A stretch of DNA of 64,000 nt, taken from NCBI GenBank assembly GCA_044892505.1, contig CM097882.1:449252001-449316000 (forward strand), in the 5' to 3' direction. Source of the stretch: Schmidtea nova. Taxonomy: Eukaryota. The position numbers and the translations under genes were made by a program. How positions within the stretch are numbered: the first letter of the stretch is position 1; each line of letters opens with the position of its first letter. The notes under the pieces are model-generated. The model was given only the letters and a program-made list of their open reading frames with translations, was not told the origin of the DNA and searched no databases. Shown here in pieces: positions 11,535 to 26,400 of this stretch.

Positions 11535-12322
11535 TGTTGGGTAATAATGAAATATTCGATTACTCTCTGACTCCTCGTGTTCTTTCTTTATAAATCAATT
11601 GATAAAAACCCAATACAGAACAAATTTATTGATTTTTCAAAAATAAATTACAATTGTTACTGTATTTGCACTTCTCTTTTGATAAGGTTTTGACGTAAGG
11701 CAGGTAACCCAAGGGAGAATCGCCGCGTCGGGACGAATATATAGTTAATATTTTACACAATAATTTGTTTCACTTCTGATTTTACCGACCTTTTGTTTAT
11801 TGTATCAATGGTATACGCTCCAATTATGTTATCAAGATTTTGAGGCCTCCTAGTCTTTTAACAGCTCTCCTTTTTTATATTGTTTCTGTCACAACATTTG
11901 AATTGATGTTTGACACCTTTTTTCCGTAACAATTCACCCGGGCTGGCTCTTGTGGTAATTTTTCCTAAACTAAATTGATTAGTTTATTGACTATCCGGGC
12001 TCTCTAATCAGCTCGGTTTTCTTCATATCCCGGATTTCCCACACTGTTCGGGCTTCATATTAGCTCGGGTTTTCCATTTGCTTGAATTTCCCATTATGGG
12101 ATTAATTATTTTTGTTTTTTCTTATTAGTTTCTTTATAAACCCCTTACTATTTTTTATTATATTTGGGTTTTCCTTTCGATTCTGAGTTCAACCATACCT
12201 GTTTCATCTGAAAAATATTAATTTTATTAAAATTTTAATTAATTTTTGTAATTTAAATATCTTGATGTTTTAACGATGTTTTTTGATTTCCTTGCTTTTA
12301 TTTCCATCATTTTATCTCAACA
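11535..12322 (-). mobile_element. Solo-LTR-like repeat, family 2
   Basis: TGTT...AACA ends and long similarity to 42523-43173. No clear TSD. Confidence 0.6.
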
Positions 12323-13040
12323 CTAATAATATATATTTGTTTAGGTGAATTTTTAATTCATATAACATGAAACACCACTTTTTGACAAATGAATTTTCCT
12401 TGCCATTCAAATTTCGAAAAAAAAACTATTAAAAGTGCGATAGTAATTTTGAAAAAATTCTCCAAAAAAACACATCTATTGAAATCATAAGAATTCACTA
12501 AACATGTTGCATTAACCAGAAGCTGTTTTGAGAAAACACAGATTCAAAGTAAAAATTTATTCAAAATTATTACTTCAGTAATTTTAGTGTTAAAATATCA
12601 TATGGCCATGATAAGATTCTAAGACATCCTGATTTGATCAAGAAATTCTACACCTTACCAATAAAATTCATACATCTTTTGATATTGATACAGTCAGTAT
12701 GATAGATAAGTATTAAATTGGGACAGAAAAGTGGAAATTTGTATATATGAAGAATTACCAGTTCTTGGACAATGTACCTAGTGTCACAAAATTTGCAAAA
12801 CTTCTAACTAAAGTTTTTAGGTCAATATAGAGATTTTCAGCTCGCGAAAATATGCGATGATATTAGCAATACTGTTTTATATTTATTACATTCATAAGTT
12901 TATTTCTAAGCTTGATTTATTTAATATATTTTCTTCTGGATAATATTATTTAAACAAATTTGTTATCAGAATTTTTTAATGCCTAAAGAAGGAACTCAGC
13001 GAATCCATCAATCAACAAAATTCACACAATTATTTATTAA

Positions 13041-13258
13041 CCCTTTCCTATCTTCTTTATTTTATGTGTCCCACCCGTTCCAATCCTAATAAAATTTCAA
13101 AAAAAATTTTTTTAGTTCGCTCTATAAACAGTTGGTCATAATATAATCGACAGTGCATTGGAAATAAACTATTCAAAAATAATGTCATTTTTTTACAGAC
13201 AGAGGATAGAATGGTTAATTTTTTTGTCATATTTTTATAGACACAGGATAGGAAAGGG
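13041..13258. mobile_element. piggyBac-type MITE
   Basis: ttaa|ccctttcctatc ... gataggaaaggg|ttaa: perfect 12-bp TIR with TTAA TSD. Confidence 0.85.
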
Positions 13259-15129
13259 TTAAATTTATTGGATCGAAACAAGTGAAGTTTTATGATTCTG
13301 TAAATGTGTCGAAAAAATACAACAACCGTAAAAAGTTTATTTAAAAATATGCAAAAACACATCAAGTAATTCAAAATAAAGACATAAAACACGATTGTAA
13401 TTAAAAACGAGTCTAGAAAATCTTAAAGCCCAATGGGTTGCAAGCACCAACATAGTAGGAGGAAAAAACCTGCATTTCAGAAGACTGTTATGATAACGAT
13501 AAAAAAGTCATCTCAAAAGAGAAAATACAATTTGATTACAAGTCAAATTTGATACAAAAAGCCGCAAGCAAATTGGTGCGGAGAAGTCAGTTCGTCTTAA
13601 AATACGAAATAGTTTTAAAAATAGTGAATAATTTACTAAGAATTTTAGGGGGGAAAATACATCAAAAAATATAATAAAAGAAAAAGATTTTAAAATAAAT
13701 TAAATCTGATTTTTTTAATAGACTAACTTAATGAGCGATAACAAATAACACGACAGTTTGATGGATGCACACGTTATGTTATCGCGATTAAATAGAACTA
13801 TTGCAAAATAAATTAAATTATTAAAAATTAAAATTAATTCAATATTTATTGATTATAAATTAATTCACGTATAATTGTGCGCTGTTAATTCTAAAATTGA
13901 AAAAATTCCGCATGTGGCACATGGAACCAACTGCAGAATACGTGAGCAGCACACACAATTTTGTAAAAATACGACTCTGAATTCATTCAGTTAGCTTCGT
14001 TGTTAGCATCCAAATTCCTAGATTAGGAGATTTACGTCAAATTTTTATTTTGTTTGCCAACAGTGAATTTGGTATATAAATTTTATTTGTAATTTTAATT
14101 AGAAGTTAATTTTTGACTTTTATAGTAAACATTTTTAAGTTTTGCTTTTATTTTATATTTTAAAATTCTGACTCATGATACACATTAGGTAAAATAATCC
14201 CAAAATTTTGAAATAAGAAGAGTGAATGGAGTCCAATTGAAAACATAAATCTCCCTTCCCTAGTTTATTCGAGCAGATCTTGGTTTCGGCAATGCGCCGT
14301 CCACAGTTCTTTAAATGGAATCGAGGGGTTATCGAGTTACGCCTAAAATCTTGCGGTTGGGACAAATTTGATATTGATCAGGATTATTGTCCTCATGAGG
14401 TTTATTTGTCCTAAAAACTTTAGAAAATTGAATAACTGGGATGTTTTTTGATAAGATGTTTTTAATAATGGAAATTTTTCAAAGGAAATTCTTTGGTATT
14501 TTGCCAGGAAATATTAACATATCCATACGTAAATTTTAAAAACACAAACAGTTTAGAAATTTTTGAAATATAAACTTGAAAGTAGGGGTAGATAGGTGAA
14601 CAAATGTTTTGAACCCTTCAATAAAAAATTTTAAAAATTCAAATCAGAACTCAAAAATAAAGACGGGATCTGCCAAAAAATCTAACAGTAGAGGTAAACA
14701 CTGGGTATTATTTATAATATAGGTATTATATATTATTTTAAGAATTGACTAACTAATAGTCGAGTATGTTATATGAAGGGAAAGGAAAGTGCGCTCAAGA
14801 TCGTATATTGGCAGACATAAACCCGAGTAGAGAATGCAGTGAGTAATTTCAGTAACAGAGGTCACCTATTAATTTGCACTCGGACCATTATGTGAAGTTC
14901 AGAGGTAAGAGGTAGTAGTTGTTGGTACATAAATGAAATTAGTTATTTTAAATTCAAGAAGGTGTCAAGATAATTTTAACTGTAGCCGTAGTACAACACA
15001 AATTAACAACCTATGCACAAACAAATTGAAATTTGTTTAATTATCAATAAGTTTAATTAATATTTTTAATTGAATTAATTAATTATATTCTTATCTCTTT
15101 CCTTTAAATGACTTTAGCCATTAAAACGC

Positions 15130-17733
15130 TTAATATTGCCTAATTGTACTTTATTAGGTTTTCTTTGTAATTTTTTAATGATTTACATGGGTTCGAAAAT
15201 ATTCATCATTATCTTTTTTATTCGTTTTTATTTTAATTATTTCAAATTTCTTCCATGTATTCAAGTCAATGCTTTTGTTTCATTTTGTATTATTTCGATA
15301 AACTTTGCATTTCTTTTAACTTTTAATATTTCCAATGCGTACTGCTACTTTTGTCATCCCTCTTCCAAATTTTGCTTTTATTTCCCATATATATTCGTTC
15401 TTCCTTTCTTCTTCATTTTTTATTCGTTTCAGTTTCATTCCGAAAACCTCTTATTTTTCCTGGACGATATTTTATGCTACAATAAATATAACTTGTTGCA
15501 TTGTATTTCTTATTTAAACTTCAATATTTATCTTCTTCATCTACTTCAATCTGCTATTATTTGCACATCTTAGTAATTCATCTCTTTCAATCATCTTTGT
15601 ATTTCCTTATCTATCCTTCAAAGCCTTTGACATAACATTTACTGGTGCTCCTGTATATAATAAACAATCATATCATATATCCGCAAATATTTATATTTAT
15701 GCTTGGTCTGCCTTGCATTTTGTTGAGGATACCTAAAATACAAAATAATATAAAAAAATAATAAAATTACCTTGGGGAAAATCGTCATGACGAATGAGAC
15801 GGCTAATGGGAACTCGAAAAAGAAAACGGAAAAAGGAAAGATAAATGAGAAAGAAGAATCAAACAAACGAAATTAAACAGAAAATCAAAACGAAGGTCAG
15901 CACTAATTAATTAGTGCAAAAGAGAAAGGAATTCGAAAATGGGAAAAAACAAAATAATTACAATAATCTTATCTCGACAGCTTGTCGAAGATAAGGGGAA
16001 GAGAAATAAAACAGCCAGGAGCGGCAAAAAGGAAAATCCGAAATTATCTAGACAGCTGTCATAGATAAACGGGAATTGGAAGAAAAAACGAGATGCCCGG
16101 GAATCAAAATGGAAAAAGGCAAAATTATCTCAAGTACCATAAAATTTGACGAGATATAAAAGGAAGAGACACAGAAGAAGCAGTCAGAATTTTTGAGAGC
16201 AGAATTGTAGAAAGAAATTGTTACAGAAGTTTAGCGAGCAGAATATTGTGAACCGAGGAGGTGAAACAGAAGTGTCAGAGAAGTTGTGAAACAGAATAAT
16301 TGAATTAGAAGTTGAGAGAGACAAAGTGGGAGAAGAATTAATTGAATTAGAAGTGAAAAGAATTATACAGAAACCCGAAGCAAAACTTAAAGGAAACTTA
16401 AAGAAAAGTTGAGAAGAGGCAGAGAAACAAAGAGATAAACAACAGGAGCTGATCCAGTTGATAATCGAGTGAAGTTCAGCGTAAATCCAAGTCAAACCAA
16501 GAAAACAACCAGTCAGATTGCCAATTGTTGTATCCATCAGTGGTGAGTGATTGTTCGAACCAAGACATTATACAAGTGCTATTCTTCAACATCGTGTCTT
16601 AATAAGCACTGTATAATGAGTTGTTGGTCTGTTGATTTTGGTCAATTCAATGTTTAAAAAAATATTTGTGATATTCAATAAAGTTTTCAGTGTTAATTGT
16701 TATTGTTGTCAATTAAAAGGCACGCTTTGGAGTCATATATTTTATTGGTAACTTTTACCATTTCACCAATACCCCAGAACCCAACAATTTTATCACATTT
16801 TATTTCTGTCTCTTTCCATTTTCCTTTAGTTATTCTACTCCCTTCATCCATATAAATACTTATCTCATTTATTCAAATGTCTTCATTTTTTAGAAATTAT
16901 ACACTTTTTTAACTTCTTGAATTTCCTTTTTCTTTAATAACGAGTTTTTATTCACATTCAAAACATTATTCGGTTTGGTAATATCATAATTCGGCCTTCT
17001 GCTTTTTCATATTCTTCAACCACTCTCTTCTTAAATAAAGTTATCACCAATTTATTTTGCTATTTCGTTTGTATTTTAATCGTCTTATAGAATCTTCAAC
17101 AATTCTGATGAATTTCATCAGTTTATCATCTCTTCTGAATCTATTTAGTAAAGATTTTATCATTAATAGATCGGTCGTCGAGGTCACCAAATTAGTGGTT
17201 ATCGTGATTAACTTCTCTTACTTTATATTAACTAAGAATACATCTTTTAAATATTTATTTAATGAAAACTTATGAAAATACAATAATGCTTCTTTTATTG
17301 TTATTTCTTAAACAAATAATTTTTTAGGCTCTTTTAAATAATTCAAATAGCAATTTCATATAAATTCATCTTCAAATTAAAAATTCTTAGTCTTTAAAAT
17401 TTTATATAAATAATTGATAAAAATAAAAAAATATCAAAGGTGAAACCAAAAGATAATTATGATCGTTATGATTTTATTGTTTTTAAAATATCATCCATGA
17501 GCTTTCCGATATATTTTTAAGGCCATTTTTTTATTTTATATAAAATTTGCTATTCAATTCATAGGCATATTTTGAAAGTTTAAAAATATTTTTTATTTTT
17601 TTTATAATTCTTAAATCAATTCTTGAATTTTGAACAATAAAATTTTAATAGTATTTTTGAAGTTACTATCTTTAAATATTTCTTCTAATTTAGAGAAATC
17701 ATAGAATTTCACGTTAAAATCATTAAGTAATAT
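15130..17733 (-). pseudogene. Highly degenerate LINE ORF2-like remnant, interrupted by a solo LTR and abutting a second
   Basis: The A-rich minus strand has ILLNDFN (GDFN-like) and SRIDL (SRID-like) AP-endonuclease motifs near 17600-17730. Many stops and frameshifts. Confidence 0.4.
15721..16786 (+). mobile_element. Solo LTR, family 1 (Ty3/gypsy-like)
   Basis: TGTTGAGG...CCCAACA ends, perfect 4-bp TSD attt/attt, TATAAAAG near 16156 and AATAAA near 16677. Confidence 0.9.
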
Positions 17734-18709
17734 TGTTGGTTTAATGGGTTGTTGGTGAAGTTTAAAAATTATCAATCAAATTTCTGACTCCGAATGCGTG
17801 CTTTATCTATCAATAGAAAAACAATTACAACATGAATCTTTATTGATATAACAACTGGTTTCATAATTACATTGGTACACTCAATCAATAATCTGAGGCA
17901 ATTATACAGTGCTTATTACAATCACCAACTACTAATTTAGATTTAACAATGGGTGACCAACTAATTGCTTTCTTTGCCTTGACTTTAAATTTGGCTCACA
18001 AACTTCTTAATAAATTTCTCAATAATTAATTTATCCCAATCAATTTCTCAACAAATTTCTCTCGATACGTTTCTCAATAAATTTTCTCAGTAAGTTTCTT
18101 TTGATAAGTTTAATTTTGTGCCACAAAACTTCTTTTACAATTTCTCTTACAATTTCTGTTATAAATTCGTGCCCCAAAACTTTTATTACGAATTCTTGCC
18201 ACAAAACTTCTACTATAACTTTTTGCCGCAAAACTTCTGTCTAAAACTGGTGTCTTTCCCTTGTTATAGTTTGCCATTCTCCAGCACTTGTGATGATTTG
18301 CTTTTTTTCCATTCCTGTCGCTGGCATTATCCGTTTTATTTTTTAGCTCCCGTGTTACTCATAGCAGCTAGGCACTTTGGATAATTTGCTTTTATCCATT
18401 TTTATCTCTGGCATTTTCCAAATGTGCTTTTCCCAGTTTCCGTATTATCTCTAACAGCTGTCAAGATACCAGTTTTGTTTTCGTTGACGAATTTTGAAGT
18501 TCCAATTTGTTTTCTTGCACTTATTAATTATAAGTGATCTTTCTCTGGTTAATTTCTTTTATTTTGTTACTCTGTCCTCATCTCTAACTTTTTTGCTTTT
18601 CCATTTTCTTCTCCAAGCTCCAGAATTCTATCTCAATCACACTATTCGTTTTCCCCTTAAGTTTTTCGAATTATCTATAATAGTATTTAGTATTTAGGAA
18701 TCCTCAACT
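17734..18709 (-). mobile_element. Solo LTR, family 1 (older copy)
   Basis: Reverse-complement similarity to both ends of 15721-16786. TSD atat/atac (3/4). Confidence 0.8.
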
Positions 18710-20299
18710 ATACGGATTAACCACATTATTTTGCAAAAGAGTATAATACGCCACTGTTTACAAAAACAAAGAAATATCATCTATCATTGAAAATAGCTAC
18801 TTAAAACAATTAAATATAATTTACTTCGGTTAATTCGCCATTCTGCTTTATTCGTCACCATTTTGCTAGCCTGAGCAGACACCTAAACACTTAGTTAAAA
18901 TACCGATTATCAGCTTATCGCTATTCACAAGTTACAACTATTGTTTTAGCGAATCGAATCAATTGTTACCAAGACTAAATCAACTATCATATTATCAACA
19001 TTTAGGTAGACTGCATGCAACCAAATACATGCAGAGTCATTTACAAAAACAAATGAAAACGTATTCATAATTCATTGTCAAAGGAAATACATTTTTTGCA
19101 TGTAACACAGATCAATTCAGCTTTGAAATACAGACTCACAAACGATTTCTATCACCCATTCATGTTTGCTAGTTAGCCAACCTAACACATATACTCATCT
19201 ACCGGTAGATACAGTTATCGCCACAGACATAATGTATTGCGTCATCGCGAAGGCTTTAACTGAGTGTATATATGATGACACTCATATTATAATTATCATC
19301 AGGCATTGAAATCGGCATAAACATCAGAATAGCATTATATCACTATTTTCAAACATTTTTTGTCCACGGAACTCCAAGAATCAAAAAGGTCAAAAAATTA
19401 AAAAATGTAATTAAATTTATTTTAAAACATTCAGTGAGGTGAAAGATTTCAACTTTCTCATTTAATATTAGTTTTATTAACAGCAATCGGTGACTTAATG
19501 GAATTGAAGATTAACACTTTGATATAAACAAATTTAGAACAATCTTCAAAAGGCTCTAGTGCAACAAGTACGCAGCACCGTACTATAGCAAGCGCAATAA
19601 GTGCAAACGCAATGGACCCTCTATTTTTGAGGGGCCCCAAATATTAGATACGTTAGAAAAACTTCTGCAACAGCATAAAATACCAGAATTTGATAAAAAA
19701 ACAAAGATGAAAATTCAAAATTCGTTCGACTTTCAAACAAATCTAGTTGGCTAAGATTTGATTTTGTTGGACCGAGCAAGTCAGCTAAAAAGGCAAAGAC
19801 AATTGAATAATTTTAAACAAAGAATGAAACACTAATGAAAGTAAGCCATGACGACCCAATAGAAAGCTGAAAAATAAGTACAAATAGAATAAAATAAAAA
19901 GTAAATAAATTACCGATTATGAAGTAATATCCGAGAAACAGGAGGCCCTCAAAATAGCAAAATCTAAAATAAAAACATGAAAATAACGGAAAATTAAGGA
20001 AATATTAGTATATTATAGTAATTCATTATTTGAATTTTGATCCAGAAGGCAGGATATTGCAATCTGTCGGTCAAAGTATTAGAGTAAATAAAATCAAAAT
20101 TACTTTTTAAGGCAGAACTATCCTTATTGCTTCGTTAGACGGGCTCAATCAATTTAAATACTGAGGGTGTTGCGGCAGGCGAGTAAAGTAGAATTTTTGG
20201 ATTACCTTCCAACATGAAGTGTCACTGTGAGCGCATTTAAAATAAAACAATTTTGTTCCGTATGGAGGAGAACACCGCTAGTGTAAAACAAGAGGGAAT

Positions 20300-21800
20300 A
20301 TTTTGATGTTCCAATGTAGATGTAGTAAAGAGAGAACGAAGGGTTTGGCCGGGGAGGTTAAACCCGGTGTAGAATAAATCGAGTCGAGAATTTCGATAAA
20401 GGTGTCCCTTCACAATATGGAAAAATCAAGAAAATTAGATCTGGTACCGAGGGAGAGCTCACTGGTTGATTATCGCAGAATCCAATTATTCCCAAAAATT
20501 CGCCAAGTTATTAATTATCGTCAAAGATGTGAAGTGGCGCCTTCAATAAGTCATATATTGGAGATACATTCTTCAATCGTAATTTCAAGAGCTCGGATTG
20601 ACATTAGTCACTTCCATCCGACCCCTTCGAGAGAGCTAGGAGTGGAAGATGAGACTATTTTCCACTACCGCCTTACGCGAAATACCTATTTCAGAGGAAC
20701 TACAAATACGACGTATATTTGTGTGGAGCTCCACGCTGAGCATTGACTGATGGAATAAATCAAATAAATGTATTGTGTGATAATTCGTTTCATTTCATTG
20801 ATAAATCGAACTTAAGTTTTAAGCATTAGAGAGTGACGATGACATTTGTCAGCATTCATTATTAACACCACAATAAAATTGGAAATTTGAATAAATAATA
20901 ATAATTTTAATAGTATCATAACTAGCCAAATGAACCGTGACGCCAAACAAGAATCCCAAAAAATCCAGCGGGAACTGAAAGGGAGATATGCGATTTGAGA
21001 GCCCAGATCCGAAGGCTCGCTGCAGAAAACCAACAACTCAGTCGGAGCGCGTTCACTCCGGAACAAATGAAGGCATAAATCACGTGCACGGCACTAGCCA
21101 AAAGGGCAATGGCAGGATTGCAGCTCGAGCCCGACACAACCAGAAACGAATTGCGGAAATGTCAGCTCGGTCACCCGGTCGTTTATCGAGACAGAGTTAT
21201 GAGCGTGTATTAAGCCAATCACCATACAACTATGGACAGATAGTGCGGCGACCACCTGTTCCGTGGGAACCGGTATAAACAATATGCTCGAGAAGGAATC
21301 CAGTGCTGAAAACAAGCACGAAGGGATAACTTTCCATCAAACAAAATCACAAACGCAAATGGATTGGAGCCAGCAGCGGCGGCAGAAGAAACTGTTTACC
21401 CAACAATTAAAGACCCAAATCGACCGTTTGAATGATTTGACTGAATTAGAGTTATTAGTGGAAGTGATCCACTGTGTTCAGAAACAAATGAAATTTAATG
21501 CACAATAAATATATTTTCTAGCGTTCGGGTTGTGTTAAATAAAATATTAAATGGTATAACTGACAATAGGGTTACAATTACTAAAAAAATAAGTAAACCT
21601 TCTGACATATCAAGAATTAATGAAAAGTCAGGAAATGGAGGGTGTTGTCACAAATCGGCGAACAGATACATGCGTAAGATTTTCTAACGGCCATCGGAAC
21701 CCGGTGAAGATGGTTTAGGGGAGAGTAGTCCTTGTAAATGGGCTCATCTGTTCCCTAGCCGCTCACCCCCGTACACATCACCAACATGGTTGTATGGTGA
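20300..21800 (+). mobile_element. Uncharacterised multi-ORF repeat, copy A (decayed ORF-Y and ORF-X)
   Basis: Translated remnants SHFHPTPSREL, QIRRIFVWSSTL, AFTPEQMKA, TRNELRKC and QQRRQKKLFTQQLKTQIDRLNDLTELELL match copies B and C. Shared 3' box gaacccg..aggggagagt|agt..gctcacc. Confidence 0.65.
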
Positions 21801-22258
21801 ATGACCATGAGTGTACGAGTGAGACAGATGCTTATTTATGTTGAGGTGATAGTCGCATCCATCCTTTAGGTAATTTTTAAGAGAATATCGATAACCACAC
21901 CAGACCAACAATTTGAAAAAAGTATACCTAATAATTCAGTTGTTTTTTAGCTTCAAATTGTTTTCTTCTGTCTTTTTTTAGCGTCTTATTAGTGAAAAGT
22001 TATTAAAAGAAATACGCTTTATTTTAATTGTTGTGGACAAATAATGAATTTTAAAAAGGGTATTATTATTAAAATACGATATTATTAATAGCTTAAATTT
22101 TTTGTATCTGCTGTTAATATTAGTGTGGATATTACATATTAATTATAGGTTTGACGATTCGTTTGTATATTTAATTATAAGTTGTACTTTTCACTTTTCA
22201 AATCGATTTTGTGTTAACGCTGTACGGATATCGTTTGAAAACATATATATCTTATTAA

Positions 22259-22499
22259 CCCTTTCAATACTGTAGGGACATATTGTCCCAGAGAATTTCT
22301 AATAATTACTAACTGTGTTTTTATATGTGCTGTGCTCGGAATTGCCAAGTAAGCTATTTATAATTTTATTTTACTTATTTAGTGTGCAGCAATATTTTTT
22401 ATGAATTTTTTTATTTCCCGTCAAACTAAATTATCAATAAATATTTTGTGCTATAAATACTACATGAATTATTATAATATAAAAATCGTATTGAAAGAG
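22259..22499. mobile_element. piggyBac-type MITE
   Basis: ttaa|ccctttcaatac ... gtattgaaagag|ttaa (11/12 TIR). Confidence 0.8.
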
Positions 22500-22519
22500 T
22501 TAAACGAACAATAATTGTA

Positions 22520-22930
22520 TATATGTATATTTATTTATCTGTAAATTTTTTCTCGAAAACGGCATTATAATTTTTTCGGAAAATTGGCATACTATCATTT
22601 TCCGGTGTGAAAAAACGATCTAGATAGTGGAAAATTTTGTTTAGGGCCTTAATTTTGGAAAAACATTTTTCCTCTTTTATAATGGGATGTTGTACGTAGT
22701 ATTTTCCCGTGTTGAACGGCAAAATAGCTTGAAAGTAAATGAACGTCACACGCATAATGTTGTGTGGAAAGAAGCATTGAACGCTCCTGATGAAAGTTCT
22801 ATGTCTTGATAGTGACAGGGACGAAGGTTAACATCGATTTTTATGTCTCAGCCGAATAGAATAAAAGTTGTTTCGCGAAAGAGATTCAAAAACTGTCCTT
22901 CTTTTCAGCGAGCGAAGCTCGGTACCCTGG
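22520..22930 (+). mobile_element. Non-autonomous Helitron-like element
   Basis: 3' end gcgagcgaagctcggtacc-CTGG|t (hairpin plus CTRR before T). The 5' part contains ttttctcgaaaacggc. The 5' boundary is approximate. Confidence 0.5.
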
Positions 22931-23408
22931 TAATATTTATTTAAATTTATAAAAAAATTAATTTTTTAATTAAAATTAATAAAAAATGAATTCAATAAAA
23001 TTAAAAAAGTTACAGCACGGTGAGACGCAAGTACTTACTTTCCAACTTATTTGACGAAAATTTAATCAACGCACAACTGACAATATCTAGTTTAAAAGAC
23101 CTCAGTTAATTTGCCACTTTTATTTAACAAGTGCGCTTCACACTTATATTTAAAAAACTAACGTGTTAAAGCCACAGTAGACTGCATTTATTTGATATTC
23201 AAAATATGTTAAAATACAAAGACAAACAAACACATTGAAAATGTTGAAAGACAAATTTATTCAGACGAAAAATTTCCGAATACAATTTCATACAGAAAAA
23301 TACAGTGTTAATACAATAGAAACTCGTTTTGTATGAATAGAATTTTAAAACTCGGGAATTGTGTATGTTGTGAGAGAGAGAGAGAGAGACAACTTAGCTG
23401 CCAGGAGT

Positions 23409-26400
23409 CTATGACGTTCGACAACATGATAAAATAAATCTAGCTTTCCTACTCATATTGGAACCGGCACGAATGAACGGGTTAGTGTTAGTGAATCCAG
23501 TCACCGATTTCCCGGTGGTATTATTGCTATTGTTGTTATTCGAGTAGTCGATGTGATCTGCCGAGTGCCGATGACCGCTAATTTTGCCGCCGTTTTTAGA
23601 ATCGACACCAACAGCTCTCGATTTCATATTCGCTGCTGCCAACAACGATTCCTCTCTGTTCTTCTTGCCCACCAAAAGCGATTCGGAATCGTCTGGAGAA
23701 TGCAGCGATTTATTCCCGATCGGCAAACTCGTCACCGATGCGTACTCGCACCGGCTTTCCCTGCCACTCACGGTCGCTGAGGCACTCACGACACCGCCGT
23801 CAGACCGATAGCGATCATTACCCGAGTAATAGTTCGATCTCGTCGAGTCGGTTTTGATTTTATTCGCCATGCATTGCAGCTCAAATGCTCCCCGGACGAG
23901 ATTCATCATGGCTTTCGAGTCTCGCAGGCTGCTAGCGAATGAGCTGAGACTGAAATTTGATTGGGTTAATTGACTGGATAAACTGTGGCTGTTTAATTTG
24001 TGTGCCGATTGCAGCGGGACGGTGATCGGGGCGTTGGCTTGTCGCTTGGTACTGCTGCTGGTGGCGACAAAGCTGCGGTTGATTATCCCACCGCCGGTAA
24101 TTGGCATCCATTTTGATGGCGTACCGTCGGCGGATTCTGATTTGCGCCGGCAGTCAACCGAAACGCTTCGATACGAACCCCTTCCTGTTCCTCCTACGAA
24201 TCCTCCTCCTCCTCCGCCGCAGACGACGTTATCGAGACTTGTTTCTTTATCAATATAACTGCGGGATCGAATCAGCTCTTCCTCTTCGTGGATTGGTGCG
24301 CAAATGTCGCGATGCATTGTCATGCTGGCAACGGTTGGACTGCTTGCTAAGGGACCGTTGCTAACCTGTGAGGAGCTGGCGTTGTCATTCCCATAGTCAT
24401 TGTCGTTATTGTGGGTGTTATTGCCTCCAATCGGGATCTGCTCCTCGGATATTATCTGGGACGACACCCCGCCGCACATTATCGATTGGAAATCATCAAA
24501 AGGAGTGCCCATCGTTGCTCCCATTGAACTCGGTCTACTCCTACCGGATTTGATTCTCAAGCGACGATTGGTAGAACAGAAAAGCTTAGGCCCACTGCCC
24601 AATGTTCCAGCGGTCCCGGTACTGGTTGCAAACGAGCCGTCACTGTCGATGGAACTGTTGGACATCATTAATTCCGGCGTGTGAGGCTTTAGGTTGACAA
24701 ATTTCGAATAGAAATGTTTATTGCTGCTGTTGTTGTTATTATTGCTGAATGATTTGGGAACCGCGACGAATTTCCGTTCACTGAAACCGCGCAAAATCGA
24801 CAGCTCGTTGTCGGACAGATCGCTACTCGAATGGCTATGAGAGAGAGTGCTGTTGCCGCAGCTGACGGCGGCAGTGGATAGATTGAACAATGCCGGATAG
24901 CTGCAGCGTTTCTTTGACGTGTGGCCGGTGGCTTGAATCGCTGGAACGTGCGCGCTCGGCAATGAGACCCGATGTTTCGTTAGATAATAGAAATTGTCAT
25001 CCGATGAAATGGAGTTCGTTCGTCGATTGAACTGCGCTGAGAAATTGCGCTGGAATCTGGGAATGATTGAGAGCTTGTTGGATGAGGATTTCTGTGGCGA
25101 TATTGCATGGCTGGGAGCCGGTCGGCAATTGCTGTTGTTCTCTTCGTGGATGTTGTTGAGCAGTTGACTGAAGCTGGGGATCGATGACAACGAATGGCTG
25201 GAGTAGATCAATGAACGCCGGTTGTAAATTGCTGACCGGCAGCGATTTCTAGTGGTGAATTGTTGGCGGAAGGTAGAAAATCGAGAGTTGTTATTCAATT
25301 CAGATTCCGGAGTTTCTTGGTCGATTGAATCACTCAAACGCGAACAACAGCGACTGGGAAATGGCGCTGAGATGCCCGATTGTGATGAGACTTCGAATTT
25401 CGGAACTGTCAATTCGAGTTCTTCTCTCACTGACGCCAACGAAATCATAGCGTCGAGCTCTTCTTCTTCGGCTTCATCTTCTTCATCTTCGAGGATCATA
25501 CTAAACCGACGAATTCGATCTTCATTCGTTTCGGTAATCGGAGAAATGTTTGTCTGCTTTTGAAGAGCACTCGGAGACAAATTGACCAGAGCTTCCTCGT
25601 CAATTTCCTGACTCGACTGCAACAAAATCGTTTCTTTTTCCATTTCGAGTAATTTCATTTTGCAATAATTCTCGAAATATCTTCGCTTCAATTTCCGTTC
25701 AGCCAATAGGAAATACGTTGCACTGATGTATGAATATTCATTCCGATCGAGTATCGATTGGATTTCCTCAACAGAAGCCAAGTTTCCTTCACTCATTTTC
25801 GTGAGAATTTCCACGTGTTCTTCGACAGTTAAATGCTCCTGACTGATGAGTGGAACAGAAAACGAATCCAAAACATAATTGCTTTCGTTTTCATATTCCA
25901 ACCATTTATCCAATAGGATTTCTTCTAAGCAAGACCGGTTTTCCGGTTCTCTGACTAGCATTTTTTTGATGAGATTTTTACACGAATCCGATAAATGCAA
26001 TGGTAATTCATATTTACAATCCATGATTTTAGAAAGCGTTTCACTATCGTTAGCTTCCTCAAACGGTAAATGACCACAAACGAGCATATATAAAATCACT
26101 CCAAGTGACCAAATGTCGACTTTTGGAGCATCGTATGCGTCACCGAGCAAAATTTCCGGTGCCGAATACGCCAAAGAACCACAAGAGGTATCGAGAGTTT
26201 TACCGGGCACAAATTTATTACTAAATCCAAAATCTGTTAGTTTTACCAGTTCGACTTTTTCAAAGAAAACCACATTTTCCGGTTTTAAATCCCGATGTAC
26301 GACATGGAGATTGTGACAATAGGCAATTGCTTGTACAATTTGTCGGAAATATCGTTTGGCTTTTATTTCTGGAAGTCCGTTTTCAAATTTCATAATATAA

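Noticed and set aside
23553-26316. Eight plus-strand ORFs overlapping SNRK
   Set aside because: Antisense shadows of a GC-rich coding region, with no independent motifs.
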